Origin: Haplodiscus bocki
Lineage: Eukaryota
Length of the DNA: 64,000 nt
Assembly (NCBI GenBank): GCA_965655095.1
Contig: OZ296659.1
Location: 54,746,001 to 54,810,000, forward strand
Reading direction: 5' to 3'
The translations under genes were made by a program, and so were the position numbers. Shown in pieces: positions 39,091 to 51,700 of this stretch. Positions within the stretch are counted from its first letter, which is position 1. The number at the start of each line of letters is the position of its first letter. The notes beneath the pieces were generated by a model, which was given only the letters and a program-made list of their open reading frames with translations, was not told the origin of the DNA and made no database searches.

Positions 39091-42000
39091 ATGTTTCCCT
39101 GTTGTAAATGTGATAAATTGTTCAGCTCAAAACTTGCTTTAAATGATCACAAGCGAAAGAAGCACAATTTTGAAGTCATTGATTTGGTCAAAGTTTTCAC
39201 ATGTGGTCATTGTGAGGTTTCTTTCGCAAAGTCTTGCAATGTATTGCGCCATCTGAAGAACCAAGGCAAATCATCGGCCAACTATCAATGTTTCTCTAGT
39301 CCAACCTACTTTGGAAACCTCTGAACAATGACTCAACACCAAGAACAGTATCATAGCGATGTATCTCTTGGTAGACCGAATATCAACGTCTCCGATCTAC
39401 TCGATTTCACAATTGAACCAGTTAATTCTAAATTTCAAATTCATCGACTCGAGCTTGAGGACTCGGATGGTTTGGAACCGTTCAACTACATTATTTCTCA
39501 GAAAGATGGAATCATTGCATTTGTGAAATCTTTATTGAGCGTGACCCCAAACGATAAACTCGGTCTAAGCATTGCAGTGAAACTGGAAAAGCCTTTGGAG
39601 AGCGAGGTAGTAAAGCTTTTTTCAATTCGACTATGTCTCGGGTTTCTTCTACGCTCACCGATGTCGAGTTTTTGCAGGATATGGATCCCTTGATAACACA
39701 GTTGAATGTCTACGCCACAGGTGGTTCGGGATGGGCGGTGGGAATATTAACACGATTGGAAATGAAAACAGTCTCCTGTAATAAAGTTACTGCCGGCTCA
39801 TAAATAGAAAAGCCACCAATTTTCAAACCACTGAATCCCTCAATTTCGAATGTTGTGAAGAAACGTGATAACTTCTGCTTCTTGTATTGTGTTGCAGCTG
39901 CTCTATTCTCTTTCATCCGAAGAGCTGATAGTCCAAAGACCCATAAAAAAACATTGAGCGACTGTCTTTCAACTCAAAGCTATTGCCGATACCTCTGTCC
40001 GCCATTCCATTTTTTGAAAAACGGATTTGTTGCTCAATCAATGTTTATCAGATGGAGAACTCCAAGTTGGTGTCCGTGTATCATAGTAAGAATTGAGAAA
40101 GGAGGCACAAAATTGACCTTCTCTGCCTAATAGATAACCAAGACAGTCATTATTGCCTGGTTAAAAATTTTTCGAATCTTATTCATTTCCTAAATAGGTC
40201 CAGAAGGAAGCAGGACAAGGGACCAGAATCCCGCTTTTGCCGAACCTGCTTCCAACAGATAATTAAAAAGATTTTCGAGAAACACGTTTCGTTTTGCGAA
40301 AGTAACACACCGCTTCAGATTCGAATGCCTTTTGAGTCACCAACCACGGAGTTTGTCATTTGGGAGAAAACACAAAAGAGTCCTTTTGTTGTTTGTGCTG
40401 ACCTTGAAGCAATCAATGTGACTTCAGCACAATTTCCTCGAACTAAAGGTCGGACAAGAGAAATTGAAAGGCAGCATGCAGCCAGCTTTGGAGCAGTCCT
40501 GGTTGATTCTAGGAATTAGTTAAACTTTGCATATATCTCCGTGAGGCTTTGGAAAAAAAATCTAATCTTTACCACTACTGTTGCTCTTATTCAAAATTTA
40601 ATTTGATTGTAGTCAATGTGATTTTCGTTTCAGCGAGTTGAATTGTTAAACAAGGTTTCTACCGTAGATTGGACTGTATTGCAAAGTGGCTGGATACGTT
40701 GCGTAATTGGGTATTTTGGTGCTATGGTGAAAAACATGTTTAGACGTTTAGGGGTTTCGGAGCAGCAGCGAAAGCGGATGTTAAACTTGGCAAATGTTTC
40801 GTGCTGCTTATGTGGCATGGATGTCGAAATATCAGCTCGAGTGATTCATCACTGTCATTTTCCGGGAACAATTTTTGGCGCTGCCCATTCAAAATGAAAT
40901 TTGAGAGCCAGAACGACGAAGTTCTTACCAGTCTTTTTCCACAATTTATCGAGATACGATGCTTACCAGATTTTGAAACACCTGAAACTAAAGGTGGGTG
41001 AAGAGCTGTCCGCAACTGCCAAAACTGATGAAACATTCATTTCATTCAGCATCAATATACCTGTCGGCACTTACAGAAAGCAATCGGGACAACTGGTTGA
41101 AATGTATCAATCTCTTCGCTTCCTCGACAGTTATCAATTTGTTTCTCAAAGTCTAGAGAATCTCGCTAAAACACTGAAAAAAGATGACTTAATTTTACTT
41201 CAGCAATTCTTTCACAACGTTCCGGACCAAGTTTTTTTCAGGCTCGCTCAGAAAGGTTTTTTCCTTACGTTACCTCGACAGTTTCGAAAAATTCAAAGAG
41301 CCTTTTCCAAACTATGCTGAAGCTTGGAAAATAGCCTCATTGGTGAAATCGATATTACTTATTCTGGCTATTAACATGCAGTCAGTGTTTAGAAAGATTT
41401 TGGTTGCCAAAACCTGGGAGACTATCAGGACTTGTATCTAAAAACTGATGTGCTTCTTTTACCTGATATTTGTGAAAAGTTTAGAAGTGTCTGCCTAAAT
41501 GTTTATAGGCTGGATTCCTCTCATTTTAATTCGGCTCCGAATTTGAGCTGAGAGTCTATGCTCATTTCAACAAGGGTTAAGTTGGGACTGTTGCAAGACA
41601 TTGACATGCTATTAATTTTTGAACGTGGCATTCGCGGTGGAATTAATGGAGTTGGAGATCTACGTCACTTCACCGCAAACAATGCTCAGTTCCACAATTT
41701 TGATCCGAGCCAACAAACGACATTCAGCGCTTTTTACGATGTAACAACACTTCACGCAAAAAATGATGCTTTTAGATAACTACCGGTGGAACACAGAAAT
41801 CACCATCGAGCAAATTTCGCAAACTTCTGAAAATTAAAGCGTTGGGTACTTTGTAGAAGTTGATCTGAAATATCCCCAATATCTACACGATCTGCAGAAT
41901 GGACTTCCCTTAGCACCTGAAAAGTTGATCATACGGTCCTCATGGCTTTCACCTTTTGCCAAGTCTTTTGGAATTAAAACCCTACAAACCCTACTCTAGG

Positions 42001-43652
42001 AATCTCGGCCTAAACTGGTCGAGACGCTATTGGACAAGAAAAATTATGTCCTTCATTACCAAAATTCGAAGTTTTATATGAAACATGGTTTGGTAGTCGA
42101 TAAAATGCATCGTGTGTGCGAGTTTGAATAAAGCAAGTGGTTAGGTGTGTACATAAAAAAAACACTTATGCGCAGACAAGCTAAAAATGACTTTGCAGAG
42201 AACTTACAAGTTGATGAGCAACGCATGTTTCGGGAAAAACATGCCAAACTTGACAAAGCGATCGGTTATAAATTTTGTCCAATCCTCAGCAAGCACAAAC
42301 ATTTGATCAGAGAGCAACTTTCAAATCCTTTCAGATTATCAAGCCAGATTTGGTTTCTGTATCATCCAAAAAATCGTATGTGGTATGGACAAAGCCTACT
42401 CGTGTGGAAGTTGCCTTCTAGACTTGCCCAAATTGTCTTTGTAAAAGTTTAAATACGAAGAAACGATCCCTCGCTATTGGTCAAGTCAATTGAAAGTAGC
42501 CTATAAAGACACCGACTTTCTGTTATACTGGATTGAAACCCCTGATCTCTGAAAAGATATGGCGTCATTCAAACACTTCCTTGATCTTTCAGATCACCCA
42601 CAAGATCACTTTTGTGGTGATCCAACAAATAGCAAAGTTCCGCTAGCTATGACAGGTGAAGTACTACGCAAAGTTTTACGCGGAGTTGTTTGTTTAGGAT
42701 CCAAACTGTATAGCATCAATTACGTTGGTGGGTTGAAACAGAGCGAGAAACGCGTACAATAGTCAGTTAAAAAGACTTTATATCACGATTTATTTAGACA
42801 CTGCCTACTCTCAAAAGACAAAGTTGCCCGAACAATGACACAGTTGCGTTCACACTTTCATCAAATTGTAGTCATTGAGATTGATAATGTCGCAGTCAGC
42901 TCATTTGACTACAAACACTTCCTTCTGGATAATGGTGTTTCTTCACTTGCTTATGGGCGCTACAAAACTGGAAGTACCTTCAGTGACAATACAAATCGAC
43001 AAACAGGTCGGTGTTTCAAAATGTTCGCAATTCTTTGGTTTCTTCAACTACAGTCTTTGGGAAACTCTTTCCGCTTTTTCTTCTGTTAGAGTACTCAAAT
43101 TGTTACGAGTTTTCGTCACTCTATAGTGACTCAACCTCTTTCACTGGTAGTTCCTCCTCTTCCACTACTGACCTTAACTCTGAGTCGTCGAATTACAGCG
43201 AGAAAACGGAACCTGGTGGCTCTCTGCATGATAGGCTCAAAACATTACCTTCTTCTTGTAAATGGTGGCAAAAGCAAAAACTTTCTTTGCGTAACATCAA
43301 ACTTCTACAGCAGTTACATTTTCATTGGTGTTTAAATACGTATGGTAAATGCTTGCGTGGTTATTTTTTTATCTGTTCGTTATAGTCGAGGCTTTCTATT
43401 TTAGCACCGAACACAGATACTGGTTTCAACCAGCCTCCTATATCGGATAGCGATCTATCCGACGTTGCTGACTGGGATCAACTATCTTCAATGGCTAACG
43501 ATAATGATGACTCATCTAGTCAAGGCCCAATACGCCCCTTCATTGACTGGGAAGCCGAAGGAGAAGACCCAGTAGATGTGCTAGCTTGCAAAAGAAACAG
43601 GAAGCGAGCCTGCTTTAGCGAAGGCAGTGACACGGATGAAACTGTGGCCTAA
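39091..43652 (+). pseudogene. POLB: pPolB of the full-length Polinton A (predicted introns 40515-40633, 43007-43089, 43345-43404)
   Basis: All motifs as in copy 1, plus the retained motif B YKLMSNACFGK (about 42205) and an HHCH-type motif; multiple stops. Confidence 0.92.
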
Positions 43653-43725
43653 AAATTACTAAACTATCAACGTCCTCGCAACACAGTCTTGCCATAAACT
43701 TCGAAATCATTACAAATCGACAAAA

Positions 43726-44270
43726 TTACCAGCTTCTATATTTAAATTGACTATATTTAACATGTTCATTAAGGAAGCGTACTATATCAATTTCAAAGGT
43801 TTTCATTAAAGTGGGATTTTTTGCAGTCTGTTGACGTTGAAGGGTTTCCTGATCAAATAGTGTACTATATACCAGCAGTACAGACCAAAGGTTAGAACGA
43901 AGGTTTTGGAAAGGTAGATTGATCGCTTGGAATCCTCCGCATTTTCCGTATAGGTTCCAGAGTCACCTGTTAGAATTGATCGTAATAGCATAGAGGCCTG
44001 CCGAGGCAATCCCAAACAAAAATTCCAATGTGATCACCATTGTGTCGATTGCACACAGCATAATCCAATGCTCAGCGCTTTTATTTGACGGCGAGGAGTT
44101 TCTTATTTGAAATTTTCAAGCTTGGTTCTTTTGTTCAGGGTACTGGTTTCCTGTTTTTCTACGTAGTCTATCTTGCATTTAGGGAAATTGTCCGACGACC
44201 AAACGCCACCAAAAATGTGCAATGCACTGGAACAATTTGTTGCAAATTTTGCAATTGGGATATTATCCAT
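43726..44270 (-). pseudogene. PRO: Adenain-type cysteine protease
   Basis: HW, D and Q...GLYC motifs, frameshifted. Confidence 0.82.
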
Positions 44271-44295
44271 CGAATAATGCATTCTTGGCGATGTT

Positions 44296-45514
44296 TCAAG
44301 CACAATCGGTTAACACTTGACTGAACCGCTGGCCAATTCGAAATAATCCAAATGCATCTTCAAGAGCAGTGGAAAAATACAATTTCAAGGTTCAACTCGG
44401 CCAGTGAGTTCGGGAAACAAATTTGAGCTTGCGCTAGCCTCTTCCGTTGATGTTATAACGGAAACGAGGAAAAAATTATTGACCTCGAAACCTTTCAATT
44501 TTATTCCGCTCCCATTTTTGGCAAACCCAAGAGCCGTAATTGTATTGTAATAGAGCGTAACCTTGTTGCTCGTGTCTATTGGTGTCCCAGCGCTAGATTT
44601 TTACACGATGTGGGTTGAACTTCTGGTTGGAAAAAGGCGAATACTTTAGAGCTGTACTTCGAAACAGCGAAGTTTTGACCATACACAAAGCTAACCATCT
44701 AATTGGCTCCGTTCCAAACACGTTTTCTTTCACAAAAAGCTTTGACCTGCTTGAATGATGAAACTTTTGTTAAAAATTTCAATATAGGGGTAAAAAGCCG
44801 AACCCTTTACGGGAGCTTTCTCACTGTCCGTAACCACTAGTTTCCTCATAAAGAGATGCTTTCTCAAAAATTGCTTGCACTTTACCATCAAGCGCCTTAG
44901 CTTCGTCATCGGTTACCTTCATAAAAAGCATCGTGTTACTGGGAGAAGGAAAAGTCGTAAATGAAGTGTGACGCCGGGTACCAAAAGTTTCTCCTAGTTA
45001 AAAAATTCAATATGTAATGCTCCAAAGAGCTCGGTCGTGCATCGTTTTTGGCGGTCAAAATCCACCTTCAATTTATTGAACTGCTGATTTTACTCAGTTT
45101 TTTTGCCAACTAATCATACCCCTGACACTTTGTCCCAGTTTGCTTTCCGTTTGTGTTATCTGTAAGTTCGGGTTCGAGGAACGCAGCATGAAAATAACAG
45201 TTGTTGCTGTGTGAAATGAGTTTACCGTCCAAAAACAATTCAGCGTCGGAGAACATTTTGTGAACCGTGTTGTTCGAAAAAACTAATGGATGATCATTGA
45301 CTTTGGCGCGGACTCCAACTTCTACACTCAACAGAATACGATTCAAGTCAATCAAGTTTTTTTGCTTCACCTGTAACAAAAAAGTCCAACTGGGGCCGCA
45401 ACATCCTACATATGTGAAACCCTCGTGATCGTAGGAACCTTCGTAATTGATTACCACGTTCCGCTTCTCAAAAAATTCTAGAGCGCTGTGAGTGACCCGG
45501 ATCTCAATTTCCAT
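44296..45514 (-). pseudogene. PY: Major capsid protein
   Basis: As 8574-9814; small in-frame deletion near 45310. Confidence 0.85.
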
Positions 45515-45518
45515 CGCA

Positions 45519-45851
45519 CTACCAGAAAAAGTCGTTGTTTTTGCAGCTGTTGGTAGGGCCAGATTGCTTGCTTTTTTTCCTTGTTGTCGGTGTGGTTTTA
45601 CTATCGAGCAAACTGAATTTCAGATAGAATATCTGACCGAATTCTCTTGGCGGAACTTGATTTGGAAATGATTTGTGTCGTTGTCGATTCGGGCAAGGAT
45701 GCTGTTGAAATGTTCCGTCGCTTTCGATTTGTACTGCCGGGCCGCTAAAAGAGGCGTTTCGGTGAGTTCCACGATGATGATCGTGATTACTTCGTATTTG
45801 AGAATCACATTCAGCATCCATATTTTTGTGTGTGATCAGCCAACTAAACAT
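45519..45851 (-). pseudogene. Core protein remnant with an internal deletion of about 345 bp
   Basis: TGCCGG|GCCGC junction near 45740 joins positions equivalent to about 10040 and 10385 in copy 1. Confidence 0.65.
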
Positions 45852-45995
45852 AAATACACACGACTAACTTATGTAATGATGATTACACCGTTGGTAAAAC
45901 TGTTTCGTTCCGTGACTGATTGTCAAATGGCGTCGACTAGAGAGAAAAATAAACAACCTTCTTGTGCTTGGTTATCCCTCGGTCAATCGTTCTCG

Positions 45996-47017
45996 TCAAC
46001 ATGGCTTGGTCCTAAGTGCCAAAGTAATGCTTGTGCGGCCGCAGCTCAAAAAGGGCATCATTTCACCCATTTCATTGGCCAGAGTCAGAGTGATTGATTG
46101 AGATTGTGAATTGTATAATTGTTTCCACTGCAAATTTGAAAAACTCATTTGGTTCACTTCTTTCCTTCGTCGTTGGTCCATCGACAACAAGCTTTCAAGT
46201 GGAATGGAACGCAAAAAAGCAGTTTGTGTCACCCAGGATCTCATTTCCAGTCAAGTCGCATTACAAAAACATTGTGTGATTTCCGGTTTTCCAGTCAACC
46301 GGCCATTGACCTGAGTTCTTTACAACGGCGATATCACTTTGATTTTGCTGAAGTTCTTGGCTGTGGCCATAAAATTTCTTTTTTGACTTCTGTCTCTGCT
46401 CGCCGTGTTGGCAGTCTATGACTGTGGTCAAGCCCAGTATGTTTTTCAAATCCCGTGATTTTGCTCGAATAACCAAAACCGTTTTGCTCCATATTCCCAA
46501 AAACTTAATGTGAAGTTCTTGCGTCTTCTTATCAACATTCCACGAAATACTTGTTGATCGCCATGTTGCATCTGTAGGGTGATGAGTTGTTGACGGGAGA
46601 AGTTTTTCATGGTCGTTTCGTGTACCACTTTTGACTAATGCCTCCATGATATCATCAATGGATGAATAGCAACCTGGCTATATATAGCGTCCTTCTGGAG
46701 CAGTGAACCTCAATGCTGGTTTCACTTCTCCACACTGGCGCGGCACTCATTGAGACAACCCCTGGTCGTCTGCTTGGAATATTTTTGCTCGGTGATTGAT
46801 GGGGCGGCGGTGACTTTGGGCACGGCGCAATTTTTGAAACAGTGATTTGGTGCTCAGTTATATTGCGAAGCATTACCGGCCAAGAAATTTCCACAAAAGC
46901 CACCTGCCAATCCCCGGAGAGAGTGATAGGCGTGGGTAGTTTGTTTCCTGGAAAAGTTTCTATGGACGCATTGGAAATTAAGTTTAGCGTGGATTCAGCA
47001 CTGCCAGAAGAAGTCAT
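45996..47017 (-). pseudogene. PX: Minor capsid protein (penton, single jelly-roll)
   Basis: LISNASIETFPGN, LPTPITLSGDWQVAFVEISWP, PGCYSSIDD, ILGDTQTAFLRSIP. Confidence 0.85.
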
Positions 47018-47107
47018 GCCCTGGGGAGATGAAAGCGTCCGGTTTTGACAGATTGTTGATGTTATGGGGTTTAGTAATTGCAGACACGTGCCCTCTTATC
47101 TTCTTCT

Positions 47108-48086
47108 TCAATTTGTTGTGACAAATTTCACAAGTTCAGGTTCATAAAATTTACCCTGTATGATTCCGTTGTTTATGTCCTTCAAAAAGTACGTAGGCGG
47201 TTTTTTTGTAGGTATGTCTGAAACTGTATAAAGCATTTCAGTGAACTGTATCCTGTAACTACGATGAACTGTTTCAATTTTCCTTCGTATGCGAACTCGA
47301 TCGCCGACATTAAACTTTGGTCGTTTTGGTGACACAGTATTGCAAAGAGAGATTAAGTAAGGCACGTCTTTTTGAGACACTTCGATTGGAGCCAAGTTAG
47401 TCATACGATTGATTCCATTGTTTTTCATTGAGACAAACTTTTCAAGTTGGTCAATGCATCGATTTGTGTCAAACTCAAGTAAGTATTTCAAAATGATAGT
47501 TTTCGAGGTTCTTATGTATCTCTCAGCCACAGCAGATTTTGTCTCGCTTCTTGTAGAGTAAATTTTTATACCATTATCTTTGCAGAATTTTGCAAATGCA
47601 CCAGCAAAATCTTTACCTTGATCAGCCCATATCTTTTCCGGATATTTTTTGGTTGCACAAACTTTTGGAGCATTTCGTTGCTTATTAATTGCAATAAATA
47701 TTTTCAGCGCTTCTGAACAAGCTTTAGATGTCTTAGACTTCACGCCCACGACCCAAAGAAAGTGACTCGAACTGTCGACCGCCACAAAGAGATACCTAAC
47801 TCCCAAATTTCTCTCTGGAAAGTTGCTGTATAACAGCCAAGTCAATAGACCAAACCTCATTCAGTCGATAACTGATAACTTTAAGTGTCGGAAAATGTTT
47901 TCGGGTAAGTTTAAACTTCGTGTAAGTTTCAATCGAAATCAAGTAGCGATTAACATGTTTGAGCGAGCAGTTCGTTGCCCTAGCTATATTTACTTGACTA
48001 TCAAACGCCATTGCTTCTTCTGGGTGTGTATAGGCATCGTGAATCTTGGTATATGCAACTGCGAACAGATCATCATCTTCAATCAT
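47108..48086 (-). pseudogene. INT: Retroviral-like DDE integrase (c-INT), one frameshift
   Basis: VWSIDLA...YLFVAVD...IWADQGKDF...KSAVAERYIRT; C-terminal KFNVGDRVRI...GKFYEPELV. Confidence 0.92.
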
Positions 48087-48283
48087 AACTCGACTTCCTG
48101 AACATTTTCAACAGGGAAAGTTGTCATGATTAGCACTTTTGTTTTCCAACCCTGAACAAGTGAAGTGAACCCAACCAAACACATGGTACCACACCGTATG
48201 GGTTTCGTTTTGATCCTTTACCCAACCGCTTTTGGCAGCACCCACAGAACCATTTCTTTGGCACCATTTGTGGAACAGTAGAT

Positions 48284-48965
48284 TCAGAGAGTCAGCCAAC
48301 TGCTGGGGGCTTCAGTGTCAAGTTTGAGACGTTTGCTTGGGGATTCGCCGTACGCTGTCCGGTTTTGGATTCTAGAACTCGTCTGTCTAGCGTACGTGTC
48401 TGCCAGCAGAAATTGCGGCAGAGCAAGTATCTCAACCAAATTGAGAAATTGCCAGGGCAGCTGTTTAGTATTCACTTAGAGAGTGGTTAGGAAGTCAGTT
48501 ATACCTATTGATGTATGTTGTTCATCAAGGAAAATGTTTTGGTTTATCTCGTCAACGGTGAGGCGGTTGTTTTTTTTGATGGCCTTTAAGACTTGTCTTG
48601 ATCGTTCAATTTTTCCTACAGTTAGTCCCGATTGAAGGAGGCCGGCTAGAACTTTGTCTGGTGTTTTGTTCTGTTGATGGTCAGTGTTTACTTGTGACGT
48701 CGATGTTTCTGCACTTGGTTTCTTCTGATCCTGAAACCTTGAGTTCAAATTGATTTGAGCACTCAACGCTTATTCCTTGTCGCAAGGTGGATTCGTGGTC
48801 CCTTCACTTTCGCTGTTTAAGGAGGTTGATGCTGGTACCTTAGCGGGGAATTGCTCCTTTCTGTTAATCCAGACGTTTGCTTTCGTTTTGTTGTTGATTT
48901 TTCAGAAAGCAGTACTTGTCGTTAGTTATTAGAAGAAACACTTTAAGGCTACCAGTTGATGCCAT
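48284..48965 (-). pseudogene. Conserved Polinton hypothetical protein (PW-like)
   Basis: RQVLKAI...IFLD...IGITDFL...FLNLVEILALP...WLTL; lies between integrase and ATPase; one internal stop. Confidence 0.5.
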
Positions 48966-48966
48966 G

Positions 48967-49287
48967 CTAGGACTTTAAAAGATTTAGAACCGACGGAAGA
49001 ATGACTTTCAATAAACGTAAACCTCTAAAAGCCAGCAGTTGACGCTTACGTTCGAGTGAAATGTTTTTCTTTGAACAGAGAGTCGCTATAATGATCTTTC
49101 CCCGTGAAACTGTTGATATTTTTGTTTGCACTCTTTTCCCAAGTTTGACATTCCCTCCTATCACGTTGAAGATGCAGTCGAAGAATAATTTAAATAATTC
49201 TTCAGAACAGTTCAAATTGAAACATCTTTTCAATGTGAGAGGAAATTTTTTGTACAAATCAACTTTATAAAAATTTCGTGAACGCAT
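48967..49287 (-). CDS. Small basic Polinton core-like protein (open frame)
   Basis: DCIFNVIGGNVKL...KRQLL..RG..LL..ILPSVL resembles the recurrent Polinton ECxxNxLxGNV family. Confidence 0.6.
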   Translation of the reverse strand: MRSRNFYKVDLYKKFPLTLKRCFNLNCSEELFKLFFDCIFNVIGGNVKLGKRVQTKISTVSRGKIIIATLCSKKNISLERKRQLLAFRGLRLLKVILPSVLNLLKS

Positions 49288-49300
49288 TGCCTATCTTCAG

Positions 49301-49955
49301 TTATAGTTGATCTGTTGAAGAGTAAAACAACGAGGGCTCGTCACCAGAACGCTAGGAATAATAACTCAGAGCTTTACTACTTCTCACGTCTAAATCAATC
49401 ATCAAACGACTCCAGGGTTTGCGAGTAGCTCTTTTATATGCTTCCATTGTGAGGTGTCGCTCATCTAAATGACGTCCCAAAATACCAACCTGTTCTGAAT
49501 CTCCCGGGCTATTGAAGAAAATAATCTGCGTGACATTCAAGTCGATTGTTTTTGAGCTTTTTGTATGTTGAAATAGATCGTATCTTGAAACCACCAAATG
49601 GATGTTGCTATGTCGACCGGCAATAACTAGTGCTAGAAATTTTTTCTCGCCGCTTCATCGAATAAATCATCCAGAACTAACAAGATCCCTTTCTTCTGCG
49701 CTTCAGCTTTTGCCAAAGACTTCCATTCTAATCCCTGAACAAATTCAATATCAACATGTGTAGACTCGCAATTCATTAAAATAATTCCATAATGTTCTTG
49801 ATAATGATTATAAAAGTAGACAATTTTGTCAAAGCTAGGTGAAAATAGTTTTGTTTGATTGACAATCATACGCCTAATCAGTCTGGTTTTCCCCAATTCT
49901 GCAGGACCCACAACAGAAACAAAGCAGTGAAGTTAGGATTTATTCGACAGTTCAT
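49301..49955 (-). pseudogene. ATP: A32/FtsK-like DNA packaging ATPase
   Basis: Walker A GPAELGKT, Walker B LLVLDD, GRHSNIH, AYKRATRKPW.RLMIDL; frameshifted. Confidence 0.9.
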
Positions 49956-50482
49956 TACTTTGGAGTGGGTAAAATATGACCTAAGCAAGCTGACAAGAGA
50001 ACTAGTATCCCTGATGCGAATCTATTGTCCGCCTCGCAAAATGTAGGGAAAGTTAAACAAAAACTGACAAGAATCAAAATAACTAAGTGATGAATCAATA
50101 TTACGAGTAAAGACCGATCGAGCTTTAAATCGTCAGCGCCGCAAAGGTTTACACTAAATGATGGTCGTTCCTGATGATTTCCATCAAAAACAAGGCGATC
50201 GATGTTACAGTGAGAAATGTTTGCGAAATCAGCTTCATCCATCACCTGTTGTTTTTGATCTACAAAAAGTTCACTGTAATAACCATTGGAACTTTTCGAT
50301 TCCAAAGTTTACTGTAATAACCACTGGAACTTTTCGATTCAACGTCTTGCATGGCAAACAAATTAATCGCTGGAAACTTTGCCTGCGCTGGAGAAACCCA
50401 ACCGTTTTCCACTTCGAATAAATTGAAGAGGTTAGAACGGAAAATTATCGAAATAATCAGACTTTAAAATTTTTAATGACGT

Positions 50483-50839
50483 TTACAGTAAAATTCCCGA
50501 AAAATGACCCAATAGCACGTTGTTTTTGAAATATTTCTCAGAAGTTAAGGTATAAACAAAACCGGGTCCCACGCTGTTGACAATCCTCATAAAACCATAG
50601 GCATCATGAAAGATTGAATGCATTCGTAAACTTTTTGAAAACTTCAAGTAGTTGTGTAGAAGGCTATCGCCTGCTCCAATATTGCCAGCACAAGGTGCCC
50701 TTGAAATTACTTCATTCAAATCTATTGTTTTGTCTACATAGAGACAAACTGCAAGAAAACTGTTTTTAGATGTTGTGTTTCTTGGGAACCAGTATGTTAC
50801 TTTCACAAAGTTTTCGCAAATGTCCTTCGAAGAAAACAT
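50483..50839 (-). CDS. Accessory protein, possibly PLA2-like
   Basis: IGAG-x20-HDAYG...GPGF; this GxG-to-HD spacing is similar to secreted and parvoviral PLA2. Inference only. Confidence 0.45.
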   Translation of the reverse strand: MFSSKDICENFVKVTYWFPRNTTSKNSFLAVCLYVDKTIDLNEVISRAPCAGNIGAGDSLLHNYLKFSKSLRMHSIFHDAYGFMRIVNSVGPGFVYTLTSEKYFKNNVLLGHFSGILL

Positions 50840-50849
50840 TTAAGTGCGC

Positions 50850-51700
50850 AAGTTTGAATGAGAAGAGTCTGTCCAAGAACAAAACTTTTACAAAAATGAT
50901 GTATCAATAAATGTATTCCCATCATAAGGAGAAAAAAGCTGCGAAGCGTAGTTGTTGCCTTCTTGAGCCGCCGAACCGATGATTTGAAGTGGTTGACTCA
51001 TACATTCGAAACAAGTGCATTGAGCATTTGTTACCACCAAATCAAAATCGAATGTCCGGCTGTGCCCAGTTACGTAAAGTCGCCCAAATTATTTCTGAAG
51101 AAGAGCAATGTATGACAATATGCTGTCTTTGAAAGGTCCATCTGAACTTTCAAGCTCGAGCAGACGTTGAAGAACAAACAATGCTTTCTCCGACCCAACG
51201 GATGCTCCCAGCGAATTGTGTTTTTCGTACTACCACAAACTTTTGAATTTGCAACCAAGTCTGTGGTCTTCTGATTCATGAGGGATTGCATCTTCTCACC
51301 TCTGGCTGAAATGAAAATGGCGTTTGATTTGTTGTTTGTTTCTGCTCTGAAAGTTTTCCGGATATGACACTGTCATCAATTTTACATGCGCATTGTTTGT
51401 TGTCGATAAAGCTTGAAGAATAGTCTTCTGCTTCACAAAAATTTCCACTTCAGCACAATCAGGAACATAAAGCAGGGTATTATGATGGTTCGAGGGCATC
51501 TTTTGGCAAATTCCTTCCAATTGCCCACAGCTGAATTTATTCTGAAGGTGTTCTCGGCTTAAAAAGTGAGCGTTGTGCGAGCACACGAGAATTTGAAGAG
51601 CATTGCACAGACTGGGAGACATCGAATCAGGAAACGTATTTCATGTGGTTTCAGAAAGTTTCTCCATAGTGGTAGTTTCGTCCGTATGAAATAGGAGCAA
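50850..51700 (-). pseudogene. Unidentified accessory ORF remnants of Polinton A
   Basis: Co-oriented ORF pieces 51070-51291 and 51296-51622 inside the element; no recognised motif. Confidence 0.35.
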
